Position numbers and translations under genes: made by a program | NCBI GenBank assembly: GCA_031411115.1 | Contig: JANOAO010000072.1 | Coordinates: 34,112-98,111 of the forward strand | Direction: 5' to 3' | Length of the DNA stretch: 64,000 nucleotides | Source of the DNA: Bacteroidota bacterium | GTDB lineage: Bacteria > Bacteroidota > Bacteroidia > Chitinophagales > Chitinophagaceae | Part shown: positions 38,045 to 48,593 of the stretch, piece after piece | How the letters are laid out: each line of letters opens with the position of its first letter | Numbering within the stretch: the stretch's first letter is position 1 | Notes under the pieces: model-generated | Seen by the model: the letters and a program-made list of their open reading frames with translations, nothing else | Told to the model about the DNA's origin: nothing | Database searches by the model: none

Positions 38045-39853
38045 ATGCGCTACTTCCAAACCATCATTTTTATACTTAGTTATTTAATTTCTTTTGGCCA
38101 GCATAAACCACTCCCCGCTCAACTGGCTTCGAGGTGGGCCGATAGTGTTTATCAGTCTTTATCACCTGAGCAAAGGATCGCACAATTGATGGTGGTAAGA
38201 TTATCCAGCCTGGATGTAAAAAATAATAAAGTAACTTTCTACGAACAGCAGGTTACAGATCTGATCAATAAATATAATATCGGTGCAATTTGTTTGTTTC
38301 AGGGTTCTCCGGTTAAACAGGCGGAACTTTTAAATGGTTTTCAAAAATTAGCGCAAACACCGATCATGGTTTGTATTGATGCAGAATGGGGTGTAGGGCA
38401 GAGATTTCTGGATTCTGTAATGATGCTTCCCAAACAGATGATGTTAGGTGCCATGAAAGATCCTACGCTAATGCAGGAATACGGAAAGATCGTTGCAGAG
38501 CAATGTAAACGTATAGGCATTCACGTAAATTATGCCCCGGTAGCAGATGTAAACAACAATCCCAGAAATCCGGTGATCAACGACCGTAGTTTTGGCGAGG
38601 ATAAATATAAAGTGGCATCTTTTGCCATAGATTATATGAAAGGCATGCAGAAAAATGGGATTATGGCATGCGCAAAACATTTTCCGGGACATGGTGATGT
38701 GGTAGCCGATTCTCATTTTGATCTTCCTGTCATCAATAAATCACTCACACAATTAGATTCTCTGGAATTATATCCGTTCCGTGCTTTATTTAGTGCTGGT
38801 GTGGAGAGTGCAATGATGGCACATCTTTATATTCCTGCTATTGAGAACCGGCCGAATATGGCTACTTCTCTTTCTGCAAAAAATGTAACAAAATTATTAA
38901 GAGACGATCTGCATTTTGAAGGACTCACTTTTACAGATGCGCTGGATATGCAGGCCGTACAGAAATTTTTTCCCGAAGGAGAATCGTCTGTTGAATCACT
39001 CATCGCAGGAAATGACATGCTATGTCTGCCGGCAGATGTTCCACAAAGTATTTTGAAAATAAAATTAGCTATTGAGAATAAGCGCCTGAGTTGGGAAGAT
39101 ATTGCCCTTCATTGCAAAAAAGTGTTGATGGCCAAATATTATTACGTGATTAATAATGCAGGGCAAATTTCAACCGTTAATCTTACCCATGATCTGAATG
39201 CAAATGTTTTTGAGATGAGAAAAAAAGTGGCGGCAGAAGCTATTACTTTATTATCAGCTAAAAATACGTCCTTCTTTCCTTTACAAAATAATAAAAAGCA
39301 GAAAATTGCATACATAGGTATCGGCTTAAAGTCAGATAATGCTTTTTCCTTACGCATGAAAAAAGATCATGATGCTGTTGTTTTTTTCAGCAGCTTATTA
39401 CCTGATTCAATTTCAGCAAGGAAACTTACCGATAGCATTTCCGGCAGGTTTGATAAGATCATTATAGGCATCCACAATATTAACCGCAGGCCGGCGAATA
39501 ATTTTGATATCAGCAAAAACGCTTTACAATTGGTAAATAATATCAGCGGCACCCAAAACATTATCTTTCTGTTCGGCAATGCGTATGCGTCGGCAAACTG
39601 GTGCAATGCTGAAAATATGGTGATTGGCTATGAAGACGATGAAGCTGTACACAATACTGCTGCAGATATGTTAGCCGGTAAACTTCCCTACAAAGGCACG
39701 TTGCCGGTTACAGTTTGTGAAAAATATAGATATGGTTTTGGAATTACTGCTTTACAGGAAAAAGATGAACAAGAGTTGGCAAATACCTCTTTTCCACGGA
39801 TCGATTCAATCGTAGATGATGCGGTAAAAAAAAAGCCATGCCGGGTGCAGTAG
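38045..39853 (+). CDS. Glycoside hydrolase family 3 (NagZ-like beta-N-acetylhexosaminidase), secreted
   Basis: Start taken at MRYFQTIIF (signal peptide). Motifs NPVINDRSFG and KHFPGHGD. The frame ends 15 nt after the start of the next ORF. Confidence 0.85.
   Translation: MRYFQTIIFILSYLISFGQHKPLPAQLASRWADSVYQSLSPEQRIAQLMVVRLSSLDVKNNKVTFYEQQVTDLINKYNIGAICLFQGSPVKQAELLNGFQKLAQTPIMVCIDAEWGVGQRFLDSVMMLPKQMMLGAMKDPTLMQEYGKIVAEQCKRIGIHVNYAPVADVNNNPRNPVINDRSFGEDKYKVASFAIDYMKGMQKNGIMACAKHFPGHGDVVADSHFDLPVINKSLTQLDSLELYPFRALFSAGVESAMMAHLYIPAIENRPNMATSLSAKNVTKLLRDDLHFEGLTFTDALDMQAVQKFFPEGESSVESLIAGNDMLCLPADVPQSILKIKLAIENKRLSWEDIALHCKKVLMAKYYYVINNAGQISTVNLTHDLNANVFEMRKKVAAEAITLLSAKNTSFFPLQNNKKQKIAYIGIGLKSDNAFSLRMKKDHDAVVFFSSLLPDSISARKLTDSISGRFDKIIIGIHNINRRPANNFDISKNALQLVNNISGTQNIIFLFGNAYASANWCNAENMVIGYEDDEAVHNTAADMLAGKLPYKGTLPVTVCEKYRYGFGITALQEKDEQELANTSFPRIDSIVDDAVKKKPCRVQ
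39826..39835 (+). other. A9 run containing an in-frame A_AAA_AAG slippery heptamer at the GH3/beta-lactamase junction
   Basis: The zero frame reads gtA AAA AAA AAG. The -1 frame continues GCC ATG CCG..., which is the downstream ORF. Confidence 0.5.
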
Positions 39854-40944
39854 TACTCATTAAAAAATCTGGTAAATTAATTTACGAAAAAGCGTTTGGC
39901 AGTTACACTTATGAAAACACCACCTCTGTAACTAACTCCACAGTTTACGATCTCGCATCCATTACAAAAATTTGTGCAACAACTATTGCACTGATGAAGT
40001 TGTACGATGAAAAGAAAATTGCCCTAGATCAACCTGTTTCAGAATATATCATAGAATTAAAAGGCACGAATAAAGAAAATTTTATCATCAGGGATCTGCT
40101 ATTACACCAGGCAGGAATGGAAGCTTATATTCCATTTTTTAAAAATACAGTTGATGAAAAGGGTCGTCCACTTCCGGCATTATATCAGCATTCAAAAGAT
40201 GCCATTTTTTCGGTTCCGGTTGCTGAAAATCTTTACCTGCGCTGCGACTGGCCTTATTGTATGATGGAAGCGATTGCAGCATCACCTGCGGGTGCTAAAA
40301 AATATATTTACAGTGATAACGATTTTATTCTGCTGGGCAAGTTGGTGGAAAGGGTCAGCGGAATGCCATTGAATGAATATGTATCAAAATATTTTTACGG
40401 ACCGATGCAACTTTCATCAATCGGATTTTTACCCATTCAAAAGATGGACAAATTATCCATTGCACCCACAGAAAATGAAATGATGTTTCGTGCACAATTA
40501 TTACAAGGTTCTGTTCATGATGCCAATGCCGCAATGTTCGGAGGAGTTTCGGGACATGCAGGTGTTTTCAGCAATGCGGCTGATCTTGCAGAGATCATGC
40601 AAATGTTAACGAATGGCGGTTTTTACAATGGAAAACAATATCTCCTGAAATCAACCATAGACCTTTTTACAGCTTACGGAGTTGATATCAGCCGCCGCGG
40701 CCTTGGTTTTGATAAACCTGAAAAAGATAACATTATTAGAAAGGAACCTTATCCATGTTTATCCGCCTCTCCGGGAACATTTGGTCATACCGGTTATACA
40801 GGTACTGCTGCATGGGCAGATCCTGAAAAAGACCTGATTTTTATTTTTCTCAGCAACAGAGTATATCCCAACGGAAATGAGCTGTTGAATAAATTGAACG
40901 TTCGTTCTAAGATCATGGAAGAAATTTACCGGGAACTCAATTAA
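39838..40944 (+). CDS. Serine hydrolase, beta-lactamase/PBP fold (class C-like)
   Basis: SxxK (ASITK), YxN (YSDN), HTG (GHTGYTGT). No signal peptide of its own. Confidence 0.85.
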   Translation: MPGAVVLIKKSGKLIYEKAFGSYTYENTTSVTNSTVYDLASITKICATTIALMKLYDEKKIALDQPVSEYIIELKGTNKENFIIRDLLLHQAGMEAYIPFFKNTVDEKGRPLPALYQHSKDAIFSVPVAENLYLRCDWPYCMMEAIAASPAGAKKYIYSDNDFILLGKLVERVSGMPLNEYVSKYFYGPMQLSSIGFLPIQKMDKLSIAPTENEMMFRAQLLQGSVHDANAAMFGGVSGHAGVFSNAADLAEIMQMLTNGGFYNGKQYLLKSTIDLFTAYGVDISRRGLGFDKPEKDNIIRKEPYPCLSASPGTFGHTGYTGTAAWADPEKDLIFIFLSNRVYPNGNELLNKLNVRSKIMEEIYRELN

Positions 40945-41040
40945 AATAATCTTTATTTTTAGTGAAGAAAATTTGTGTTGAAAAGGTGATCCATTTCTCC
41001 CTCCAATACATCCTGCTTTATTAAAGATGAACATCAAATC

Positions 41041-42954
41041 ATGACATTTCCGTATCAAATAAAATCTTTTGAGGAATATAAAATCGCCTATCAGAAAAGT
41101 GTGCATGAACCGGAAAAATTCTGGGCAGATATTGCCGGAAATTTTCTGTGGCAAAAAAAATGGGATACCGTATTGAAATGGGATTTTACAAAAGCAGAGG
41201 TGGAATGGTTTAAAGGAGGGAAACTGAACATTACTGAAAATTGTCTGGATCGTCACCTCGAAAAAAACGGAGATACTAAAGCATTAATCTGGGAGCCGAA
41301 TGATCCATCAAAGCCAACCCGTTCTTTTACTTACAAAGAATTATTTGACCAGGTTTGTCTATTTGCCAATGTTTTAAAAAATAATGGCGCCAAAAAAGGC
41401 GACCGAATATGTATATACATGCCGATGGTTCCGGAACTGGCTATTGCCATTTTAGCCTGTGCAAGGATAGGTGCGATACATTCCGTGGTTTTCGGTGGAT
41501 TTTCTGCCCAGAGTATTGCAGACCGTATCAATGATGCTTCGTGCAATATTGTGGTTACTGCTGATGGAGCCAACCGTGGCAACAAACAGATCGGCCTCAA
41601 AATTTTAATTGATGATGCACTTGAAAATTGCACAACGGTAGAAAAAGTGATCGTACTCACGCATACTGAAACAGCGGTGAGTATGCTCAAAGACCGCGAT
41701 GTATGGTGGGAAGATGAAATGCAAAAGGCAAAAACAGCCGGACAAACGTCATGTGTTGCCGAAATTATGGATGCGGAAGACATGCTTTTCATTTTATACA
41801 CTTCCGGAAGTACGGGCAAACCAAAAGGTGTTGTGCATACCTGCGGAGGATATCTGGTTTGGGCGAATTATACATTTGTGAATGTATTTCAATATCAGCC
41901 GGGCGATATTCATTTCTGCACCGCAGATATCGGATGGATAACCGGACATAGTTATATTGTATACGGACCCCTAAGTGCAGGCGCAACTTCGCTGATGTTT
42001 GAAGGCATACCAACTTATCCTGACGCCGGACGATTTTGGAATATTGTAGACAAACACAAGGTCAATATTTTATACACTGCACCAACAGCAATCAGAAGCC
42101 TGATGGCTTACGGTGATGCGCCACTGGAAAACAAAGATCTTTCCTCTATTAAAGTTTTAGGCACGGTGGGTGAACCAATTAATCAGGAAGCATGGGAATG
42201 GTATAATGTGAATATTGGTAAAAAAAATTCGCCCATTGTTGATACATGGTGGCAAACAGAAACAGGTGGAATTTTAATTTCAAACATTGCCGGAGTAACA
42301 CCTTCCAAAGCAACTTATGCCACTTTACCCTTGCCTGGTGTGCAACCAGTTTTGTTAGATGAGAAAGGCAATGAAATCAACGAGAATGATGTGACCGGCA
42401 ATCTTTGTATCCGGTTTCCATGGCCGGGCATTTTGCGAACAACTTATGGTGATCATGATAGATGCAGATTAACTTACTTTGCCACCTATCCTAATATGTA
42501 TTTCACAGGTGATGGAAGTTTCCGTGATGCTGATGGCAATTACAGAATTACAGGACGTGTGGATGATGTTTTAAATGTGAGCGGCCACAGAATAGGAACC
42601 GCTGAAGTAGAGAATGCAATCAACATGCATGCAGGAGTAGTGGAAAGTGCAGTGGTAGGTTATCCGCATGATATTAAAGGCCAGGGTATCTATGCATTTG
42701 TGATTTTAAACAGCAAGCACATTGATGATGAACATACACGAAAAGATATTGTACAAACCGTATCCCGAATGATTGGTGCCATTGCAAAACCGGATAAACT
42801 ACAATTTGTATCCGGGCTCCCTAAAACACGAAGCGGTAAAATAATGAGAAGGATTTTGCGTAAAATTGCGGAAGGCGAAACGGCCAACTTAGGAGACACC
42901 ACCACCTTACTGGATCCTGCAGTAGTGGAGGATATAAAAAATGGAAAATTATAA
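41041..42954 (+). CDS. acs: Acetyl-CoA synthetase
   Basis: YTSGSTGKPKG, WWQTETGG, LPKTRSGKIMRR. Confidence 0.95.
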   Translation: MTFPYQIKSFEEYKIAYQKSVHEPEKFWADIAGNFLWQKKWDTVLKWDFTKAEVEWFKGGKLNITENCLDRHLEKNGDTKALIWEPNDPSKPTRSFTYKELFDQVCLFANVLKNNGAKKGDRICIYMPMVPELAIAILACARIGAIHSVVFGGFSAQSIADRINDASCNIVVTADGANRGNKQIGLKILIDDALENCTTVEKVIVLTHTETAVSMLKDRDVWWEDEMQKAKTAGQTSCVAEIMDAEDMLFILYTSGSTGKPKGVVHTCGGYLVWANYTFVNVFQYQPGDIHFCTADIGWITGHSYIVYGPLSAGATSLMFEGIPTYPDAGRFWNIVDKHKVNILYTAPTAIRSLMAYGDAPLENKDLSSIKVLGTVGEPINQEAWEWYNVNIGKKNSPIVDTWWQTETGGILISNIAGVTPSKATYATLPLPGVQPVLLDEKGNEINENDVTGNLCIRFPWPGILRTTYGDHDRCRLTYFATYPNMYFTGDGSFRDADGNYRITGRVDDVLNVSGHRIGTAEVENAINMHAGVVESAVVGYPHDIKGQGIYAFVILNSKHIDDEHTRKDIVQTVSRMIGAIAKPDKLQFVSGLPKTRSGKIMRRILRKIAEGETANLGDTTTLLDPAVVEDIKNGKL

Positions 42955-44171
42955 TGGCAGTACGACCGGAAGATCTTTCGATCCTTAATTTTACTTACGA
43001 CCTTCCCCCGGAAAAAATTGCATTAATACCTGCAGCACAAAGACACGATTCCAAATTGCTGGTATATAAAGATGAACAGATTAACGAAAGTACCTACCGG
43101 CACCTGCATGAATTTTTACCGGCAGACAGTCTTATATTTTTTAATAATACAAAAGTTATTAAAGCAAGATTACGTTTTACAAAATCATCGGGAGGCGCCA
43201 TAGAAATTTTTTGCCTGGAGCCTTATGTATTTAAAGGATATGAAAATAATTTAGCACAACAGGGATCATCCAGATGGAATTGTTTTGTGGGTGGTGCTTC
43301 CAAATTGAAAGACGAAACCTTACAAATGCCCTTTGAAAATGGAATTTTATTCGCCACCTTACAAGGCCGTTCAGGAGAAATGTATGTTGTAGAATTCAAA
43401 TGGACGCCTGAACAACTTACATTTTCAGAGGTGATTGATGCAGCGGGCAAAATCCCCCTTCCACCCTATATCAAACGGGATACCGATGAACAGGATACAT
43501 CCCGATATCAAACCCTATTTGCCGTACACGAAGGTTCTGTTGCAGCACCTACAGCGGGATTACATTTTACAGAAGAGGTTCTGTCATCTTTAGATAAAAA
43601 AAACATTCAGCAAAAATACCTGACACTGCATGTAGGCGCAGGAACTTTTAAACCTGTAAAGGCCGATAAAATGAGCGGACATGAAATGCACGCTGAATGG
43701 ATCGACATACAAAAAGATATCATAGAAACGCTGATGCTGCAGCATGAACCTGTAATTGCAACGGGCACTACCAGTTTACGTACACTGGAATCTTTATACT
43801 GGTTGGGAGTAAAAGCTTTTGTAAAACCGGATGCCAAAACTCTAGAATTATCGCAATGGGAATTGTACAATGAACTTCCCCGTCATCTTTCCAAAAAAGA
43901 AGCAATGCATTTTTTATTGCAATGGATGAATGCATCAAACATTGATCGACTGGTTACCAAAACGCAATTGCTGATTGCACCTGGCTATACTTTTAAAATA
44001 GTGGATATTCTTATAACTAATTTTCATCAGCCACAATCCACTTTGTTATTACTGGTGGCGGCCGCCATAGGTGAAAACTGGAGAAAGGTATATGATTATG
44101 CACTCAACAATTCTTTCCGCTTCTTAAGTTATGGAGACGGTTCCGTTTTATACATCAAAAAAAATGCATAA
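42954..44171 (+). CDS. queA: S-adenosylmethionine:tRNA ribosyltransferase-isomerase
   Basis: IPLPPYI, GSVAAPTAGLHFT, LHVGAGTFKPV, TNFHQPQSTLL. TAATG overlap with acs. Confidence 0.93.
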   Translation: MAVRPEDLSILNFTYDLPPEKIALIPAAQRHDSKLLVYKDEQINESTYRHLHEFLPADSLIFFNNTKVIKARLRFTKSSGGAIEIFCLEPYVFKGYENNLAQQGSSRWNCFVGGASKLKDETLQMPFENGILFATLQGRSGEMYVVEFKWTPEQLTFSEVIDAAGKIPLPPYIKRDTDEQDTSRYQTLFAVHEGSVAAPTAGLHFTEEVLSSLDKKNIQQKYLTLHVGAGTFKPVKADKMSGHEMHAEWIDIQKDIIETLMLQHEPVIATGTTSLRTLESLYWLGVKAFVKPDAKTLELSQWELYNELPRHLSKKEAMHFLLQWMNASNIDRLVTKTQLLIAPGYTFKIVDILITNFHQPQSTLLLLVAAAIGENWRKVYDYALNNSFRFLSYGDGSVLYIKKNA

Positions 44172-44196
44172 AAAAAAAGGTGCCCGAAAGCACCTC
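44172..44196 (-). terminator. Intrinsic terminator of the receptor-lipoprotein operon
   Basis: The minus strand reads g-aggtgc-tttcgg-gcacct-T9. Confidence 0.75.
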
Positions 44197-44217
44197 ATAA
44201 AATATTTACATCTTGGA

Positions 44218-45672
44218 TTAATTAAATAAAGTCCATCCTTTCCACCAGCTCGATTCTGCGCCTGCCGGAGAAATCGCTCCTCTGAAATTTACGTTGGTAA
44301 AAAATGTAGACGACAGCAACGGATCATTAAAATTAGCACCACCAATAATTGGCTGATAACCATTTGAACCAGCAAACGGTGTGGGATCAGGCGTATTATA
44401 ATTAAACGGTTGTATCAGTTTGGCATCAGATGAATTGGTAAGAATAGTATTGCCAAAGTAAGGATTCGTAAACCAAGTAAGAATACTGGCATCCGTAGCA
44501 CCTGTTGGCGAACCTGAACTTGCACTATATTTAAGATTGATAGTATTACCTGCTAATGTAGTATAGCGTATTCTTAAAGAACTGTCATCAATATTTTTAT
44601 CAGTAGGTGAGCCTGTACTGGCATCAATCAGTATTCCCTGAGGCCATCCCATAATAACAGAATTAAAAATACTGATAGAAGAATTTCTTCTGATCTGTGC
44701 CCCCGCACGAAATAAGCTATTTCCGGCATTATCTAACGTTGCCCTTGGACCAATAGCAGTAATATTTGAAAATACTGCACGTGTTTTTGGAGTAGCCACA
44801 GTGCCACTACTATTATTATCACTTTCAAATGCTTCTGAAGTAGATATATCAGCTATAAGTGAATCACGTATAATTAATCCGAATTGTACTTTGCCGCTAT
44901 ATCCATTATCTGTATCAAAATCATCGTCTTGTGTTTTCCATGCAATCAGATATTTGCAATTCACTGTTCCACCGAACCATTCGTAGGCATCATCTTTTGC
45001 ATAAGCTACCTGAACGTGGTCAATCGTAGTACCGCTCCCAACTGCAGCCATTGTTAAACTGTTGATTTCTTTATCAGGTTGAAAGGCATATCCCGCATAC
45101 TGAATTCTTACATAACTCATCACGCCAGAATTATCATCATCGATGGGTGTAGGTGTAGAAAGATCTCCAGATCCAGCAATACCATCTCCGAAAGCATTAT
45201 CAAATCCTCCCTCAACCTGAAATAAACCGGCAGTGCCATTAAAACTGGTATTGATAGATGCTTTTCCACAAAGTACAATTCCGCCCCAGTCGCCTGATTG
45301 TGGATTGGGTGATGCAGAAGTAAATACAATTGGTTCTGTAGGTGATCCTTGTGCTACTATTTTAGATCCACGCGTAATGATCAGCGCTGCCACATCAGCA
45401 CCACTAAAAGATCCTTTAATGGTGGTTCCTGCTTCAATAGTCATTGTGTGATTGCCTACTATATACACCAGACCTTTAAGGATATAATTATTTTCTTTCT
45501 TTAGAACAATATTCGAATCGATCCTTCCTAAAAGATTAATGGTTTGTCCGCCTGTATTGCTACCATTGCCATTGATGATGATGATCTCTTTTTCACCATC
45601 CGTTTCTATTTTTCTGCATCCTGAACTAATGTATACAGCGATGATGGCTACAATTAATAAATAACTTTTCAT
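44218..45672 (-). CDS. Hypothetical lipoprotein partnered with the TonB-dependent receptor
   Basis: Start taken at MKSYLLIVAIIAVYISSGC (lipobox), 13 nt after the receptor stop. G/N/T/S-rich. Conserved-looking segments are DWGGIVLCG, DDAYEWFGGTV and DDDFDTDNGY. Confidence 0.55.
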   Translation of the reverse strand: MKSYLLIVAIIAVYISSGCRKIETDGEKEIIIINGNGSNTGGQTINLLGRIDSNIVLKKENNYILKGLVYIVGNHTMTIEAGTTIKGSFSGADVAALIITRGSKIVAQGSPTEPIVFTSASPNPQSGDWGGIVLCGKASINTSFNGTAGLFQVEGGFDNAFGDGIAGSGDLSTPTPIDDDNSGVMSYVRIQYAGYAFQPDKEINSLTMAAVGSGTTIDHVQVAYAKDDAYEWFGGTVNCKYLIAWKTQDDDFDTDNGYSGKVQFGLIIRDSLIADISTSEAFESDNNSSGTVATPKTRAVFSNITAIGPRATLDNAGNSLFRAGAQIRRNSSISIFNSVIMGWPQGILIDASTGSPTDKNIDDSSLRIRYTTLAGNTINLKYSASSGSPTGATDASILTWFTNPYFGNTILTNSSDAKLIQPFNYNTPDPTPFAGSNGYQPIIGGANFNDPLLSSTFFTNVNFRGAISPAGAESSWWKGWTLFN

Positions 45673-45685
45673 TTTATGTTGATGT

Positions 45686-48460
45686 TTATAATGAATAATT
45701 GAAACTGAAGTTGATGCCTGTTCCAAATTTTCTGGTGAAACGATAGGCGTCAGTATTTTTTTGAAATGTTTTTTTATCATTTGTATTCTGATAGAAATAT
45801 TGTTTCTTGTTGAATACATCAGAAACATTCAAACGTAATTCCCCTTTACTACGCAAAACTTTTTTTGTAATCTGTACATCTATTAGTGGCCGGCTTGCTT
45901 CATATATATCCGGTGATCCGGCACCTGCAGAAATATCTCCTACGAGATAAATCCTTTCTCCCACCTGATTATACAGGATGGAAGCAGTCATTCCTTTTTG
46001 CTCATAATCATACATTAAACCTAAATTGAAAACATAGGGTGATTGCCCCTGTAAAGATCGATTCACCTGAAACTTTTCATCTTTTACACGACTGTAGATG
46101 TAAGCTGCATTTGCCTGAACAGTAAAATTTTCCAACGCAGAAAACTGATCCAATTTTTTCCTGATCTCTAATTCTGCACCATAGGTTATTGCTTTTTTTG
46201 CATTCTGATAACTAAATGTACTGGAGCCGCCGCCGCCTTCATTGAATAATTGCTCAATAGGATTTTTGAAATTCTTATAAAATACTCCGGCAGAAAAAAC
46301 TTCACCGGCACGAGGATATAATTCATATCGCAGGTCAAGATTTGTGATAGCTGTTCTTTTTAATGCTGGATTTCCCTGTACAGATGCATTCAATTCAAAA
46401 TCGTATAAATTAAGAAAAGCCAGTTCCCTTAACTCGGGGCGGATAACTGTTTTAGAAACGGCTGCTCTGATATTCGTTTTGTTATTGAGCTTATAATTAA
46501 TATTTAAAGCAGGAAGAAAATCTGTTACCACCGTATGTGTATGACGTGAATCATAAGATTTCACACTCCCCACTAACTGATCAAAATGTTCAACCCTTAA
46601 GCCATACACCAATTTTAATTTATCGGTAAACTGATTATCTGATTGAATATAACCTGCATTCAGAATGGTGTTGGCCATGTAACGATACGTTTTTCCGCTC
46701 AGCGCATCAAAGGCGAATTTGTTATCCTCACCCGTACCAAAGTTTTGTGATGAAAAAATTTGATCCGGTGATAACCTGCGTAGTGAATCATTATCATAAG
46801 GAAGATAATTGGCAAACAACTGTGCATCATATAAACGATCTTTAACCTGAAACATATATCCACCTTTCAAAAATTGCTTCCTGTTGAACCAATTATATTC
46901 ATATTGCAGATCACCGCCCGCAGTATATATATAATCACTCAGACTTTGATAGATGCGGCTTCCGCTTTGTTGTGATAATGAATTGGCAATTATGGCACGA
47001 TAAGGATCATTTACATTTGATTTGGAATACAGTATTCGCCTTTGATTAGGAATGTATCCATCCAAAATATTAAAGGCACTATACCATTTTAATTTTAATG
47101 CAGAAGCTATGATATGCTCTCCGGACAACTGAGTGGTAAAAAAAGTATTCTGCCTGAAACTCATCTCGGTGCCCTTTAAAATAGAATCAGCCCGACTTAC
47201 GTCAACTCCTGCACGTTGTGTTATACTACTATTTGCGTTGACATTTATAATTGATCTTAATGAAATTTTATTTTTCGGATTGAATTGAAATGCCAAACTG
47301 CCAAATGCTCCGGCAACTGTAGATTGATTAAAACGCTCGTCATTAAAATTTACTTCCACACTCGTAAACCCTGATGAAATTTTATTCTGCCGGTTTAATA
47401 AATCCAGCCGCTGGTGATTCCTGCTATAACTTAACCCAAAATTACCACCGACAGTTTTGTTGAAAAATTTTCCTTTGAATCCTCCGTTTATCTGTAAAGA
47501 GAGATTAAACGGAGCACTAATTTTCTCGGCAACCCAACTGCCTTTCATTTGTTTTCCAATATCGGTTTTGTCCTGTCGCGATAATAAGGCGAAGTTGGTT
47601 TTAGTGGTATACGCGGATGGCAGCGCTCTGGAACCATCCTCAATTCCCAGCCAATCCAGTTTACCAGATTTATCCCGATAAAAATCTTTTCCGATAACCT
47701 GTGTATTAATTCCGGAACCTAATTGAATATTGAAGAAATTTTTTGAAGGAATATCTTTTGTATTCACCTGAATCAAACCTCCTGCCCATTCTCCCGGCAA
47801 TTCCGGAACAAACGCTTTGTTGATAATAATATTGTCGATCATAGAAGATGGGATCAGATCAAACGAAAAAGTCTTTCTGTCCGGTTCTGTACTGGTCAGT
47901 AAAATTCCATTAATCATTGCCTGGTTATAGCGATCGGCCAAACCCCTCACTATAATAAATTTACCTTCCTGAATGCTGGCTCCGGGAATTCGTTTCAACA
48001 CATCACCTGAGGTGCGATCGGGAGATCTTCTGATGGCCTCTGCGGAAACAACGGAGGCAACCGTATTTGTATTTTTTTGAAAAGATATTAATGAAGCCGC
48101 TGTTTCTTTCCGCGCTGTACTGGTACTTTTTACCACCACTTCCTGAACTGTATGTGTACTAAGTTGTAAAGCAAGATCCTGAACAGTTGTTTTACCTTCT
48201 GCAATTTCGATCCCTTCAATAATTTGGGATGTACCGTTATAACTGAAGGTGAGTGAAATATTTGTAGAACCTTCCACAACGATGATATAATATCCATTAA
48301 TATCTGTACTTGTTCCTTTTAAATTTTTTAATACTACAGATACGCCCGTTAGTGGCTGGCCGGTTGCAGCATCTGTCACTTTTCCTTCGATCTTTCCTTT
48401 CTGTGCATCTGAAGTAAAACAGATAAGAAACAATATTGAAAAAATGAATAAACGCATCAT
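45686..48460 (-). CDS. TonB-dependent receptor with CarboxypepD_reg domain
   Basis: Start taken at MMRLFIFSILF. Contains GKVTDAATGQPLTGVSVVL, a plug (IPGASIQEGKFIIVRGL), a long barrel, and a C-terminal ...FSFNYSL. Confidence 0.85.
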   Translation of the reverse strand: MMRLFIFSILFLICFTSDAQKGKIEGKVTDAATGQPLTGVSVVLKNLKGTSTDINGYYIIVVEGSTNISLTFSYNGTSQIIEGIEIAEGKTTVQDLALQLSTHTVQEVVVKSTSTARKETAASLISFQKNTNTVASVVSAEAIRRSPDRTSGDVLKRIPGASIQEGKFIIVRGLADRYNQAMINGILLTSTEPDRKTFSFDLIPSSMIDNIIINKAFVPELPGEWAGGLIQVNTKDIPSKNFFNIQLGSGINTQVIGKDFYRDKSGKLDWLGIEDGSRALPSAYTTKTNFALLSRQDKTDIGKQMKGSWVAEKISAPFNLSLQINGGFKGKFFNKTVGGNFGLSYSRNHQRLDLLNRQNKISSGFTSVEVNFNDERFNQSTVAGAFGSLAFQFNPKNKISLRSIINVNANSSITQRAGVDVSRADSILKGTEMSFRQNTFFTTQLSGEHIIASALKLKWYSAFNILDGYIPNQRRILYSKSNVNDPYRAIIANSLSQQSGSRIYQSLSDYIYTAGGDLQYEYNWFNRKQFLKGGYMFQVKDRLYDAQLFANYLPYDNDSLRRLSPDQIFSSQNFGTGEDNKFAFDALSGKTYRYMANTILNAGYIQSDNQFTDKLKLVYGLRVEHFDQLVGSVKSYDSRHTHTVVTDFLPALNINYKLNNKTNIRAAVSKTVIRPELRELAFLNLYDFELNASVQGNPALKRTAITNLDLRYELYPRAGEVFSAGVFYKNFKNPIEQLFNEGGGGSSTFSYQNAKKAITYGAELEIRKKLDQFSALENFTVQANAAYIYSRVKDEKFQVNRSLQGQSPYVFNLGLMYDYEQKGMTASILYNQVGERIYLVGDISAGAGSPDIYEASRPLIDVQITKKVLRSKGELRLNVSDVFNKKQYFYQNTNDKKTFQKNTDAYRFTRKFGTGINFSFNYSL

Positions 48461-48593
48461 GGTGATTTGATGCAAAGAGACAATTTCATTGTTATTAAAA
48501 TGTGACGGGATGTTTAAGTAAAAGTTATCTATGCGTTACCGTAATGTTAACCGAAAAAAATATGAGCCTGGCAGGCGAGCGCTGGTATAAAAA

